64,000 bases of DNA from Candidatus Bathyarchaeota archaeon (lineage in GTDB: Archaea > Thermoproteota > Bathyarchaeia > Bathyarchaeales > Bathycorpusculaceae), in NCBI GenBank assembly GCA_963720565.1, contig CAVRFW010000005.1, positions 359,027 through 423,026 of the forward strand, given 5' to 3'. The notes under the pieces are model-generated. The model saw only the letters and a list, made by a program, of their open reading frames with translations, ran no database searches and was not told where the DNA came from. Made by a program: the position numbers and the translations under genes. Position 1 is the stretch's first letter. Each line of letters starts with the position of its first letter. Positions 1 to 9,556 of this stretch are shown here, piece after piece.

Positions 1-2
1 AA

Positions 3-728
3 TTGGGGTTTTCAGCCATTTCATTGGCGGGGTATACAAATGCTGGAAAGAGTTCCTTGTTTAATGCGCTGACGGAAGAGACAGTCCGTGTGGACTCTAA
101 GCTTTTTACAACTTTGTCGACCACGACCCGCTTTGTCGAAATTTCAAAAAGGAAGTTCTTAATAACGGACACAGTTGGTTTTATAGACCGTTTGCCCCTA
201 ACGCTGATAGAAGCGTTCCACTCAACTCTGGAAGAAACTATCTATTCAGACCTGATAATTCTGGTCCTAGACATAAGTGAATCATTAGAAATGATTGAAA
301 AGAAAAACAACATTTGTCTAGAGACAATAGACCGCATAGGAGCGTCCGGCATTCCGATCCTGACGACATTGAACAAGATTGACTTGCTGGAAAAGACAGA
401 AGTAGAAGAAAAACTGAAAATACTGGAAATGAAAATCAAAAACCCCGTTCTCATATCAGCGCTCCGTAAAACAAATCTTGAACCGGTAAAGAATGTGATT
501 CTTGAAAAGCTTGGAGACTATGTCAGAGTATCTTTCTCCATCCCAATGAGCAGCCAAACCATGTCGTTCATGTCATGGATCCATGAAAGGGCAGATGTCC
601 AGAAAGTAAGTTACATGAGCGACTCTGTGCAGGTGATTCTCGAGGCTGCACCTTGGTTCGCTGAAAAAGTCAGAAAACGAGTAAAGGACCTCGGTGGAAA
701 ATTTGAAACAAACCACGAGAATCCGTGA
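3..728 (+). CDS. hflX: GTPase HflX (5'-truncated by window edge)
   Basis: G1 GYTNAGKSSLFN, G2 LFTTLSTT, G3 DTVGFI, AFHSTLEE, G4 NKID. Confidence 0.93.
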   Translation: MGFSAISLAGYTNAGKSSLFNALTEETVRVDSKLFTTLSTTTRFVEISKRKFLITDTVGFIDRLPLTLIEAFHSTLEETIYSDLIILVLDISESLEMIEKKNNICLETIDRIGASGIPILTTLNKIDLLEKTEVEEKLKILEMKIKNPVLISALRKTNLEPVKNVILEKLGDYVRVSFSIPMSSQTMSFMSWIHERADVQKVSYMSDSVQVILEAAPWFAEKVRKRVKDLGGKFETNHENP

Positions 729-741
729 AAAGAAAAACAAG

Positions 742-1287
742 ATGCAGAAACTTGTTGTTCTTAGATGGGGTCACAGACCTCAACGAGACGTGAGACTCAC
801 AACACACGTTGCTCTTACAGCCCGCGCTTTGGGTGCCTCAGGATTCCTGCTCTCAGATGTGGTGGACCAGAAAATCAAAGAGACTATTGAAAGGGTTTCT
901 CAAAATTGGGGAGGAGAATTCCTTTTTGAAATGGGAATACCTTGGAAAAGATTTGTGAGAGACTGGAAAGCTGATGATGGTCTAGTTGTTCATCTTACTG
1001 CCTATGGCGAAAACATACAAACAAGTCACGTACTCGATCGTATCCGTGCCTTGGGAAAAAAAGTGTTGATTGTTGTGGGCAGCCAGAAAGTTCCCAAGGA
1101 ATTCTTCTTAGAAGGTTATTCTGATTTTAATGTGTCAATTGGGAATCAACCACATTCAGAGTGTGCAGCGGTTGCCGTTTTCTTAGATAGATTTTTTGAA
1201 GGCAGAGAATTGGCTACGAAGTTCGAGAAGCCTAAAATAAGAATAATTCCCCAAAGAAGAGGGAAGAAAACTGAAGTCGAAAGTTGA
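742..1287 (+). CDS. trm56: tRNA (cytidine(56)-2'-O)-methyltransferase (aTrm56, SPOUT)
   Basis: VLRWGHRPQRDVRLTTHVALTARALGA, VHLTAYGE, VGSQKVP, NQPHSE motifs; ATG at 742 chosen as start. Confidence 0.93.
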   Translation: MQKLVVLRWGHRPQRDVRLTTHVALTARALGASGFLLSDVVDQKIKETIERVSQNWGGEFLFEMGIPWKRFVRDWKADDGLVVHLTAYGENIQTSHVLDRIRALGKKVLIVVGSQKVPKEFFLEGYSDFNVSIGNQPHSECAAVAVFLDRFFEGRELATKFEKPKIRIIPQRRGKKTEVES

Positions 1288-1362
1288 TTATACCCAGACA
1301 TTTGAATAAGAGTTTTATTGAAGCATGACACTATTAATCAGGTATCTAAAGGAAAACAGATT

Positions 1363-1875
1363 ATGTTATCAACCATTGACGATGCTACGCTCATGAAAGT
1401 GGCGGCAGCGCTAGGTGAAGAAGAGGCTGTTCAACTTATTGAACACATAAAAAATATTGATGAGACAACAGATGATGAAATCTCTAACAAGACTGGCATT
1501 CGGCTGAATGCAGTTCGGAAAATACTCTACAAGCTTTACGATCATTCGCTTGTAAGTTTGAGAAGAACCCGAGACCCAAAGACAGGCTGGTTCATATTTC
1601 ATTGGAAACTTCAACCGGATCAACTTGAAGGTTTCATCCTAAGTCAAAAACGCCGGGTTCTAGAGAAACTAAGCGTTCGTCTTGAGTATGAGAAGAATCA
1701 CGATTTCTATTATTGCAACACGCCCGGATGCAAACGAGTCCCGTTTGAGGATGCAGTAGAATTGATTTTTCACTGTTCTATTTGCGGCAAACCATTAGAG
1801 CATAATGGAAACGAGATGATAGTTCAAAAATTATCAGAGAAAGTTGAGATTCTGAGGAAGGAACTAGGTGAGTAA
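1363..1875 (+). CDS. tfe: Transcription factor E (TFE alpha)
   Basis: wHTH TDDEIS..TGIRLNAVRKILYKLY, RDPKTGWFIFHW, Zn ribbon CxxxxC..CxxC; conserved operon position. Confidence 0.92.
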   Translation: MLSTIDDATLMKVAAALGEEEAVQLIEHIKNIDETTDDEISNKTGIRLNAVRKILYKLYDHSLVSLRRTRDPKTGWFIFHWKLQPDQLEGFILSQKRRVLEKLSVRLEYEKNHDFYYCNTPGCKRVPFEDAVELIFHCSICGKPLEHNGNEMIVQKLSEKVEILRKELGE

Positions 1876-2398
1876 CGAGCTTCCTTCACGGGAGCAAGCA
1901 CTGCAATTTTTACGCGAAAGCGGGTGTCACCCGAAGGTTATCAGGCATTGTGAAGCTGTTGCAAGCCTCGCATTGAAAACCGTGCAGAATGTCAAGAAAA
2001 AGAATTTGAATGTTGACTCTCACCTTGTGGAAATAGGAGCTCTCCTCCACGACATTGGTCGCTCGAAGACCCATACCGTTCATCATGCAGTTGTCGGAGC
2101 AGAGTTGGGGGAGGTCTTAGGCTTACCCGAACCAGTTATTTTAATAATTAAAAGGCATGTTGGCGGCGGAATTACAAATAGCGAAGCCGAAGAATTGGGC
2201 TGGCCAAACGACGTTTATATGCCTGTGTCACTTGAAGAAAAAATCGTTTCATACGCAGACAAGCTCATCGTAAATTCAAGGCAGGCACCAGTTGAGATAA
2301 CCATCCGAAAACTGAATAGAGAAGGGAAGAAAGACGCTGCGGACAGGGTTCGGAAAATATATGAGGAAATAGAAAATCTAATTGGCGACAACTCATGA
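1868..2398 (+). CDS. HDIG-domain metal-dependent phosphohydrolase (TIGR00295-like)
   Basis: HC..V, LLHDIGRS, HAVVGA, RHVGGG, EKIVSYADKL; follows tfe. Confidence 0.85.
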   Translation: MSNELPSREQALQFLRESGCHPKVIRHCEAVASLALKTVQNVKKKNLNVDSHLVEIGALLHDIGRSKTHTVHHAVVGAELGEVLGLPEPVILIIKRHVGGGITNSEAEELGWPNDVYMPVSLEEKIVSYADKLIVNSRQAPVEITIRKLNREGKKDAADRVRKIYEEIENLIGDNS

Positions 2399-3156
2399 TT
2401 ACACTTACTCTGCTTTCGAAAATTAGCAATTCTTATCAATTGAGACAAGTCGAAAAAGCTCTGAACGAACCACTAGGGGAATTGAGTGTAGACGCGAAAA
2501 TCAAAGGCACAATAGGTGATAGGTGGGTACAGGTAAATCTGGAAGGAGAAGATGAAACAATAGCGGCTACCTATGTCGCCAACGAGATTGGAACTTGTCC
2601 CGCCAGCATGGAAAACCTGAAGAAAACAACTGACCTCAAAGGGTACATAACGGATTTTGAGAAAAATACCGAAGAATTACTGGTAGACGTAGGGGTTTTC
2701 CAGCCGAAAATCGTGTGTGCAAGAATCCCGCTGCAACGGTTGCAGGCTCAACTCGCCAACGGTGTTAAGACTGCCCCAAACAAGATACCTGAACTGTGGG
2801 CTCTATGCAGAGATTTGCCCATAAGCGTTAATATCGTACAATTAGATGAGAAAGAAAACCACCTGAAAGCTGAATTGTCAGACGATCAAGTGAAAAAGCT
2901 GAAAATATGGCAGGAATCCCTGCTGGATAGACTACTTGTATTAGGCTCCTCTCTTCAAGACATAGAATACGTTTTGGAAGCTGAGAAGTTAACAAGGGAC
3001 ATAATAAACGTCGAGACCTTAGGGTTGCTGGAATACTCTTTAACCTGCAAGCTGGGTACTGACGCTGCTGGTCTCGTCCCAAAAATCGGTAGGAGACTCA
3101 GAAAAGCAAAATTTACCGTCTTTAATCCAAAAAAACTGCTTAGTCTTGAATTGTAG
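2395..3156 (+). CDS. DUF2110-family conserved archaeal protein
   Basis: Overlaps the HD gene; CKLGTDAAGLVPKIG motif; usual neighbour of tfe/HD genes. Confidence 0.7.
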   Translation: MITLTLLSKISNSYQLRQVEKALNEPLGELSVDAKIKGTIGDRWVQVNLEGEDETIAATYVANEIGTCPASMENLKKTTDLKGYITDFEKNTEELLVDVGVFQPKIVCARIPLQRLQAQLANGVKTAPNKIPELWALCRDLPISVNIVQLDEKENHLKAELSDDQVKKLKIWQESLLDRLLVLGSSLQDIEYVLEAEKLTRDIINVETLGLLEYSLTCKLGTDAAGLVPKIGRRLRKAKFTVFNPKKLLSLEL

Positions 3157-3209
3157 CGTGCTCTTTTTCCTGTTCTTTGATGGTTTTTTAGTAGGCGGGA
3201 ACCGACATA

Positions 3210-3246
3210 TTTATATGAGAAATAATTCATATGAATTATTTATCAA
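3210..3246 (+). promoter_or_regulatory. TATA box with overlapping ArsR/SmtB-type operator
   Basis: TTTATATG at ~3210; perfect palindrome AAATAATTCATATGAATTATTT at 3220-3241; also ATATGA-N8-TCATAT at 3213-3232; directly upstream of the ArsR gene. Confidence 0.75.
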
Positions 3247-3290
3247 GTTAAATCTGAACCAAAACGCGAAACTGAACGAGGTAGAAAGCA

Positions 3291-3611
3291 ATGAAAAAAG
3301 GACTAACAGAAATCTGCTATAAATTCTTCACCAACTTGTCAAATCCAACAAGATTAGCAACCTTGGAGAAGCTAATGATCCACCCCATGAGTGTAAACGA
3401 ACTTGCCACCTCCTTAGGACAGGAGCAAAGTATGGTTTCACACAATCTCAAACCTCTGCTCCAATGCAATTTCATATTCACCAAAAGACAGGGAAAAAAA
3501 CGCGTATACTCTGTCAATCAAGAGACTGTGGGTGTCCTATTCAAGGCTATTGAAAATCACGCAGAAAAGTATTGTCCTTCTGGCGGAAAATGCACAACTA
3601 TGGAGAACTGA
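3291..3611 (+). CDS. ArsR/SmtB-family transcriptional regulator
   Basis: LSNPTRL..L..L, SVNELA..LGQEQSMVSHNLKPL, RQGKKRVYS; C-terminal YCPSGGKC. Confidence 0.9.
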   Translation: MKKGLTEICYKFFTNLSNPTRLATLEKLMIHPMSVNELATSLGQEQSMVSHNLKPLLQCNFIFTKRQGKKRVYSVNQETVGVLFKAIENHAEKYCPSGGKCTTMEN

Positions 3612-3613
3612 GA

Positions 3614-4246
3614 ATGGTAACAAGAAAGATTGTTCACATAAACGAAGCCCTTTGCAACGGATGCGGTAACTGCATTCCAAAATGCGCTGAAGGCGCACTC
3701 CAAATAGTAAACGGAAAGGCCACAATCGTCAAAGACATCTACTGTGATGGTCTCGGAGCATGCTTAGGACACTGTCCTCAAGACGCCATAACCATAATAG
3801 AGAGAGAAGCCGACCACTTTGACGAAGAAGCAGCACATGAGCACGCAAAAAAAATTCCGGAAAAACCAGAAGAGAATACACAGAAAGTGCAGTGGCCGGT
3901 CAAAATAAACCTCGTACCCTTAAAGGCGCCCTTTTACGAAAAAGCTGATTTATTAGTTGCTGCAGACTGCGCCCCAGTCGCCTATCCCCAATTCAAAGGT
4001 TCTTTGTCATCCGGGAAAAGAATTGTGATAGGATGTCCCAAGTTTGAAGACGCAAAGGTATATTCTCAGAAGCTCGGGGAAATACTGAAACAGAACAACA
4101 TTAGGAGCATAACAATTGCCCATATGGAAGTGCCTTGCTGCTCAGGTTTGAAGTGGGCTGTGGATAAGGCAGTGGAAGCATCTGGAAAGCAAATCCCGAT
4201 TAAGCAATACGAACTAACAATAGGGGGTGAAATTAACGAGCGCTAA
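3614..4246 (+). CDS. 4Fe-4S ferredoxin-domain protein with Cys-rich C-terminal domain
   Basis: CNGCGNCIPKC and CDGLGACLGHCP; QWPV, AADC, IGCPK, MEVPCC motifs. Confidence 0.85.
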   Translation: MVTRKIVHINEALCNGCGNCIPKCAEGALQIVNGKATIVKDIYCDGLGACLGHCPQDAITIIEREADHFDEEAAHEHAKKIPEKPEENTQKVQWPVKINLVPLKAPFYEKADLLVAADCAPVAYPQFKGSLSSGKRIVIGCPKFEDAKVYSQKLGEILKQNNIRSITIAHMEVPCCSGLKWAVDKAVEASGKQIPIKQYELTIGGEINER

Positions 4247-4484
4247 TAATCCAGTAAAGAGCCCAGATACATGCCCTGGCTTGCGAGACTTTCTCAGACC
4301 AACAGTAGCCTATGTAAAATGCCATGTCTGTGGTGGCAATGCAGAAATTTGGAGCGATGAGGACGTAGGAACATGCACAGAATGTGGAGCTGAATGGAAA
4401 AGACCTGACAAAAACAACTCATGCTTAGACTATTGTGAGTACGCGGACAAATGCAGGGGCATAATTGAATCGAGAAAAACCTGA
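4227..4484 (+). CDS. Small Cys-rich Zn-ribbon/Fe-S protein
   Basis: CPG, CxxC (x2), CLDYCEYADKC; overlaps the upstream gene. Confidence 0.7.
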   Translation: MKLTSANNPVKSPDTCPGLRDFLRPTVAYVKCHVCGGNAEIWSDEDVGTCTECGAEWKRPDKNNSCLDYCEYADKCRGIIESRKT

Positions 4485-4503
4485 AGAAGGAGGAAGAATA
4501 GAA

Positions 4504-4905
4504 ATGGAAAACACTGAACATCCAAGAATAAAGCGGGAGAAGAAGACCATCCAAGCGATGGTAAAAATCTATTGCAAAGACAAACATAACACAAAAAAAG
4601 AACTCTGTCCAGAATGCACGGAATTTATTGAATACGCAAGAATGCGCTTAAGCAAATGCCCTTTTCAAGAAAACAAGACAACCTGCGGAAAATGCCGTAT
4701 TCACTGCTACAAACCAGATATGAGAGAGAAGGCAAAAACGATCATGCGATATTCCGGTCCGCGAATGCTTCTACATCATCCAGGATTAGCCATGCACCAC
4801 GTAATCGACGGTTTCAAAAAACCAGAAGATGCCAAAATAAAAACCAAAACTTGCAGGGCAAACATGATTTCAGCTGAGTCTACCTCCAATCTTGTCTTCC
4901 GGTAA
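4504..4905 (+). CDS. YgbA / nitrous-oxide-stimulated-promoter family protein
   Basis: RIKREKKTIQAMVKIYC..H, CPEC, RLSKCPF..KTTCGKCRIHCYKP, IMRYSGPRMLLHHP. Confidence 0.9.
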   Translation: MENTEHPRIKREKKTIQAMVKIYCKDKHNTKKELCPECTEFIEYARMRLSKCPFQENKTTCGKCRIHCYKPDMREKAKTIMRYSGPRMLLHHPGLAMHHVIDGFKKPEDAKIKTKTCRANMISAESTSNLVFR

Positions 4906-4978
4906 CGCAATGAACATTGCGTTTTCTTTTCTCTTGACCGAAGAATTTTATATTGCGTGTTGACCTTCACCTTGCAGT

Positions 4979-5092
4979 ATGTCAGCTCCTAATTGTCCCT
5001 GCCCCAAGAGAGACTGTGTTCGTCACAGCGATTGTGAAGAATGTGTCAGGCATCACAAAGCAAAGGACGAATTGCCTTACTGTGCAAGGTAA
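4979..5092 (+). CDS. 37-aa Cys/His-rich microprotein (DUF6485-like), not in ORF track
   Basis: Hand translation MSAPNCPCPKRDCVRHSDCEECVRHHKAKDELPYCAR*; TTTTATAT box ~25-30 nt upstream. Confidence 0.7.
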   Translation: MSAPNCPCPKRDCVRHSDCEECVRHHKAKDELPYCAR

Positions 5093-5437
5093 TCTTTCTA
5101 AATTTTGGTTTGTCGTCTTGGGCCCGTATGGATAAGCGATAAACCGAGCTTGTTTTTTCTCGCAAATCGCATGGGTTTATTTTGTTCTTCTTCTTATTCA
5201 GAAGTCCGTTTTGGTTGCGCTGGCAGAATATGATGACGCGTGTGGAAACGCCTGTCTGACAAAGTGGGATATTGAGGTGGGGTGATTACGTATATGTCGA
5301 AAATCGATATATTTCGGTTTCCAAAACAAGATATATATTAAATCTTACGATATGATGTGTATCTGAGTTTGACACAACAACAGTACAACACAAATACAAA
5401 ATGGTGACAAGTATGATGATTCAAACGCACGATTGAA

Positions 5438-5783
5438 ATGAACCAAGTTTGTTTGAACGAGAAGAACACAGAAACGCATAATCGCAATTTCGAGAAATTG
5501 CTGACAAAAGCGGTGGACAAAGCTTTTTCTTCACTATTCCATTCACAAAAGCAGAATCTCTACTCTCACCTGAGTAGCTGCTACAGCATCAGCAAACAGG
5601 ATATTCCGTATGCTGTTGACGATTTTGTTAATGCTCTACAAGAGATCTTTGGTTCAGGGGCAAAACTTATCGAAATCGAAATGATGAAAAGCCTTCACGC
5701 ACTGGTTAAGAATTTCACATTCGCACCCAATCAAGAGTGACCTGTCATTTACTGAATATGTTAGGGCGATACGCGGCTTATGA
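5438..5783 (+). CDS. Hypothetical protein (DUF3227/NitrOD5-like); apparent +1 indel near 5738
   Basis: AVDKAFSSL..LYSHL..IP..F..ALQEIFGSGAKLIEIEMMKSLH; removing one base continues the frame as DLSFTEYVRAIRGL*. Confidence 0.6.
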
Positions 5784-5870
5784 CAGAATCAATTGTTTTC
5801 CAGCTGAATTGATTCCGGAATGCGTGTAAACAGCCGGAACGTTGAGAAATAGGCTGTGAGATGCGTGCTC

Positions 5871-6650
5871 CTAACCTTTTGTGAGCACTATTTCAATTGT
5901 TGAAACCATTCTTGCTCTGGTTTCGCCTTCTCTTGGCGGCATCTCCTCTGTTCCTATGACGATTTTGCCTATTTTTAGGTCTTTTAGAAAGCGGTTTCTG
6001 GTTATTTCAGCCGCATCAACAGCTGTAGTTATAGCATGTCCTCTGGCCTTCAAGATTATCTCCTCAACCTTGCTGCCAGAAAATCCTGTTATTATTGCCA
6101 TTACATAATCCATTGGCATTTTGTTTCCCACGAAAACGATTTTTCCCGGTGCTCGAATTGAAGGCGAAACTTTCTTTTCAATAGTCGCAGGCTTCTTCTC
6201 TTGAGTCAAGTCTTTTGCTTCAGTGGCAACCGCGGTAGTTGGCAGCTGTGCTTTAGTCTCTTGCTGAGTTGGCTCTTGAGCAATTGTTAGATCTTCGATT
6301 TCTCCATTACAGCTGTTCCTGAATGCTTCAATTCCGTTCATGCAGCCCTCTTTAGTCTCGTAGCCCTCACTTTGAGCGATTATTTCTCCGTTTGAAGCAT
6401 TCAGATGAAACCTGAACTTGCCATTTTCATCGCAGAACACTTGATATTTGGGGTTGCTAATTCTCTTCTGTTCTGTGGTCATATCTTCAATTTCTGAATT
6501 GCAGTTTTTCTGAACGCTTCTCACACCTTTGATACAACTTGCATGTTGTTCATAAGCTTCGCTTGCAGCCACAATTCTGTTGTTTTCAGCATTAAGACGA
6601 AACCTGAACTTCCCTGCAGCGTCTTTGTAGACTTCAAATCTTCCTGGCAT
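5871..6650 (-). CDS. Tandem YegP/DUF1508 repeats fused to a C-terminal Alba domain
   Basis: Two repeats (FEVYKDAAGKFRFRLNAENNRIVAASEAY; YQVFCDENGKFRFHLNASNGEIIAQSEGY), T/A/E/K linker, Alba core IILKARGHAITTAVDAAEITRNRF...VSTIEIVL. Confidence 0.88.
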   Translation of the reverse strand: MPGRFEVYKDAAGKFRFRLNAENNRIVAASEAYEQHASCIKGVRSVQKNCNSEIEDMTTEQKRISNPKYQVFCDENGKFRFHLNASNGEIIAQSEGYETKEGCMNGIEAFRNSCNGEIEDLTIAQEPTQQETKAQLPTTAVATEAKDLTQEKKPATIEKKVSPSIRAPGKIVFVGNKMPMDYVMAIITGFSGSKVEEIILKARGHAITTAVDAAEITRNRFLKDLKIGKIVIGTEEMPPREGETRARMVSTIEIVLTKG

Positions 6651-6780
6651 GAAACTCACGAGACCATGATGTTGTGTTTCTAGTAGAAAAAGCTTTGCGA
6701 GTGCACGCTAAAAACGCAAAAAGGAAACGCCAGATCTTAAAGGCTTTAAGCAGAACGAAGTACAATAAGGTAAATCAAAG

Positions 6781-7548
6781 ATGCAGAAGATTTTCAAGTC
6801 TCAAACTAGAAATCTTATCAAAGATTGGGCAAAAATCATAATGCGAGTTAGACGACTTGACAGAGCAACTATAGCTTCTATTTACCTTGATGGAGTTGGC
6901 ATAGAGATTGGTGCATTACATAATCCCTTAAGAGTGCCCCTTTCCGCTAAAGTGCGATACGTTGACCGTCACTCCGTATCAGAACTGCGCAAGCAATACC
7001 CAGAAATGCAGTCTCTAAAGTTGGCAAACGTAGATATCATTGACGACGGTGAGACACTAAAAACTGTCGAGGATTCAACGCAGGATTTTGTTATAGCAAA
7101 TCACTTCTTGGAGCATTGCGAAAATCCAATTAACGCTGTCATCAACTTCTTGAGGGTTCTCCGCGATGGAGGAATACTCTATCTCAGCGTTCCAGATAAG
7201 CAATTCACTTTTGATAAGAACCGTCAAGTTTCTTCTTTTGAACATCTTATTCATGACTACCAAAAAGGACCGACTTCATCAAGGAAAGACCATTTTCGAG
7301 ACTGGGTCATTAACGTTGAACAGAAAAGAAATGAAATAGAGATTCAGACTCGGATAGATGAATTGATTTCTAATAACTACAGTATTCACTATCACGTTTG
7401 GGCTCAGAATGACATCTTAAATTTTTTTGTTCTGTTAAATGAGCGCTTTAACCTGCCTTTAGAGATTCAGCTCTTCTACAAGAACGGAGAAGAAGTTATA
7501 TTCATTATTAGGAAGCAATACCAGAATTTATGTCAGAGCTGCTATTAG
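6781..7548 (+). CDS. Class I SAM-dependent methyltransferase (glycan-associated type)
   Basis: GIEIGAL, YVD, DFVIANHFLEH, RVLRDGG..YLSVPDK. Confidence 0.85.
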   Translation: MQKIFKSQTRNLIKDWAKIIMRVRRLDRATIASIYLDGVGIEIGALHNPLRVPLSAKVRYVDRHSVSELRKQYPEMQSLKLANVDIIDDGETLKTVEDSTQDFVIANHFLEHCENPINAVINFLRVLRDGGILYLSVPDKQFTFDKNRQVSSFEHLIHDYQKGPTSSRKDHFRDWVINVEQKRNEIEIQTRIDELISNNYSIHYHVWAQNDILNFFVLLNERFNLPLEIQLFYKNGEEVIFIIRKQYQNLCQSCY

Positions 7549-7655
7549 CAACAAGTGAGTTACGCGAGGAGTATAGTTTTGAAAGAAAGAATGAGTGTCA
7601 AAGAGTTGGAAAGTTTGGGGTCAACCTTCTTGTTCTCTTGCATCACCAAGATAAG

Positions 7656-7730
7656 TGGGCCGAGCCGGACTTGAACCGGCGACCTTTGGCTCGTAAAGCC
7701 AATGTCCTAACCAAGCTAGACGACCGGCCC
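7656..7730 (-). tRNA. tRNA-Val(TAC)
   Basis: Reverse complement GGGCCGG...TTGGC TTTACGA GCCAA...GGTTCAAGTCC...TCGGCCC A folds as a cloverleaf; no intron, no encoded CCA. Confidence 0.95.
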
Positions 7731-7992
7731 TTGAAATTTTCTCCTGTTTCTAAATTGGAACTATTTACTTTAAGATTTTGGTCTATGTGATTTGTTTTGG
7801 CTCAACCGCCTAGCCAGTGTGAGAAATCTCTAACTCGCGTCCGCTCAAGCTGGTTACGCCCTTTTTTGACCAATGACAGGAGACTTCGTAAGATCTCAGA
7901 TTAATGGCGAAGAACTTGTTGCTGAATCAGTTCTTCTTGCTCGCTAATATGGACAGAATGTCGTGCGCTTTCAAGGATTTGTAGCTTGGAAT

Positions 7993-8977
7993 CTAGGATA
8001 CAGACTGAGTTTCAACGATCTTTTCAATTATGTCCAATGGGTTTTCGAGCGAGGCAAGCTTTCGCTTCACGTCAAATTTTCTTCCAATATTGCTCTTGGC
8101 AATTCTGAGCAAGTTTTGAGGGCGAGTTATGAAAAGGGGGAATCCCAGTTTCGAGAGGTACTTGTTTACATAGGTGTTTCCAATTTCAGAAACCACAATG
8201 CTGGGGACACCTTGAAGCGCAGCTTCCCTTGCCAGCGTTCCTCCTGCGCTAACAACCAAATCAGCATTAGCGACGAGGCTCGCAGAATCAACAAAATCAT
8301 CGTTCGAGCCAAATCCCACACTAGTTCTGTTATATCTTCCGAGACAGAAGATGTTCCCAAGAGAGCTTAGTTTTTCCGTAACTGTTTCGGTGAAATCACT
8401 TGTGCCTCCGGCATAAGCAGCTTTCGTCTCCATTTGTCTAATAACAATCAGGGGTTTTTCAGAAGCAGCCTTCTTAGGCGGCTTGAAATCTTTAATCCAG
8501 GCCACTTCATCTACGCCATCAAATTGAATGATTTTCCTAGCGCCCTGCCCTATCAGGAATCGTCTAGGAATAGAGCATGATGCAACAACAGTGGTGGCAA
8601 ATGGTATTGTGAGCCTGTTCACCGCCGTTGCGTGAGGAGTATCCGCGGTTAGAACTATGGGGATTCCCAAACCAAAGGCGGTTCGACACAGCTCGACAGA
8701 TTGATGTGCTATTGCTAAATCCGGCTTGTCGCTCTCAAACATTCTTGAAAACTTGATTACACGGCTAGCACTTTCTTCTAATCTGGAAAAAACCGAATCG
8801 GGACTATATTTGCCGACTACTACCGGTTCTTCTTTGAGAATTCGCGCTAAGTGGGAGAGTATCAGGGTGATCTCGCGTTGTGAGCAGTACTTCATGACCT
8901 CTTAGTCTGAGGCGCCGGGCAATAGCTGTGCCGTACCTGATATGCTTGCCTGTGCAGGCATCATACCAGATCTTCAT
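7993..8977 (-). CDS. DUF354-family GT-B protein; frameshift near 8850
   Basis: N-terminus MKIWYDACTGKH..GHEVLLTTR lies in the 8804..9487 frame; C-terminus (SVELCRTAFGLGIP..DTPHA, GGTLAREAALQGVP) lies in 7993..8895. Confidence 0.78.
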
Positions 8978-9487
8978 GGGTTCACCTTGCGCTTTTCTTT
9001 GAATGAAGGTTTCACGTTTTAGATTGTATTCTTCGATTGACATTATTTCCCTAGCTGGAACTCCAATCGCGACTTTTCCGGAAGGTATGCTTTCTGTGAC
9101 TACACTCCCTCCGCCGATTACACAATTCTTGCCTAAAACCACGTTCGGCAACACCGTGACGCCTCCGCCAATTATTACATTATCTTTCACTATTGGGGGA
9201 GTTAGGAGGCTGCTCTTTGGGTATTTGTCGTTTAGGAGAGTGCTGTTAGGGGCGATAAACACATTATCCCCAAGTATGCATCCATTTGAAATGGTAACGT
9301 GCGCCTGAATGTTGCAATTGCTTCCGATTTCAACATTCTTGCCTATGTCGCAAAAACTACCTATACAGGTTCTATCGCCAATTCTTGCGTTATCACCAAT
9401 TACTACATAATTCCAAATGGCGACATTAGCCCCTAATTGAACATTGGCACCAAATATCACGCCTTTTCCCTTTTTCAGAGTCGGCAT
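8974..9487 (-). CDS. Hexapeptide-repeat N-acetyltransferase (WbpD/WlbB-like); true stop uncertain
   Basis: Left-handed beta-helix repeats, LNDKYP, GGGSVVT..IP...GVPAR; reads through into the DUF354 N-terminus. Confidence 0.8.
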
Positions 9488-9556
9488 AGGCTTTTCTTTC
9501 GGGCTCCAGATTTAAATAGTTTAACACTCTGAATCTCCGTTGTTGGGGGTAAGAGA

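Noticed and set aside
5230..5260. ATGATGA...CTGA, possible C/D box sRNA
   Set aside because: Only one box pair with atypical spacing; no C'/D' boxes or identifiable target
3190..7656. Integrated island bounded by the tRNA-Val 3' end
   Set aside because: No integrase and no convincing direct repeat of the tRNA end
7530..7790. 86-aa ORF (WAEPDLNRRPLARKANVL)
   Set aside because: Antisense translation of tRNA-Val
8804..9487. Apparent acetyltransferase-DUF354 fusion
   Set aside because: An AGGTGA Shine-Dalgarno precedes the internal ATG at 8977 and indels are common here, so two genes are more likely
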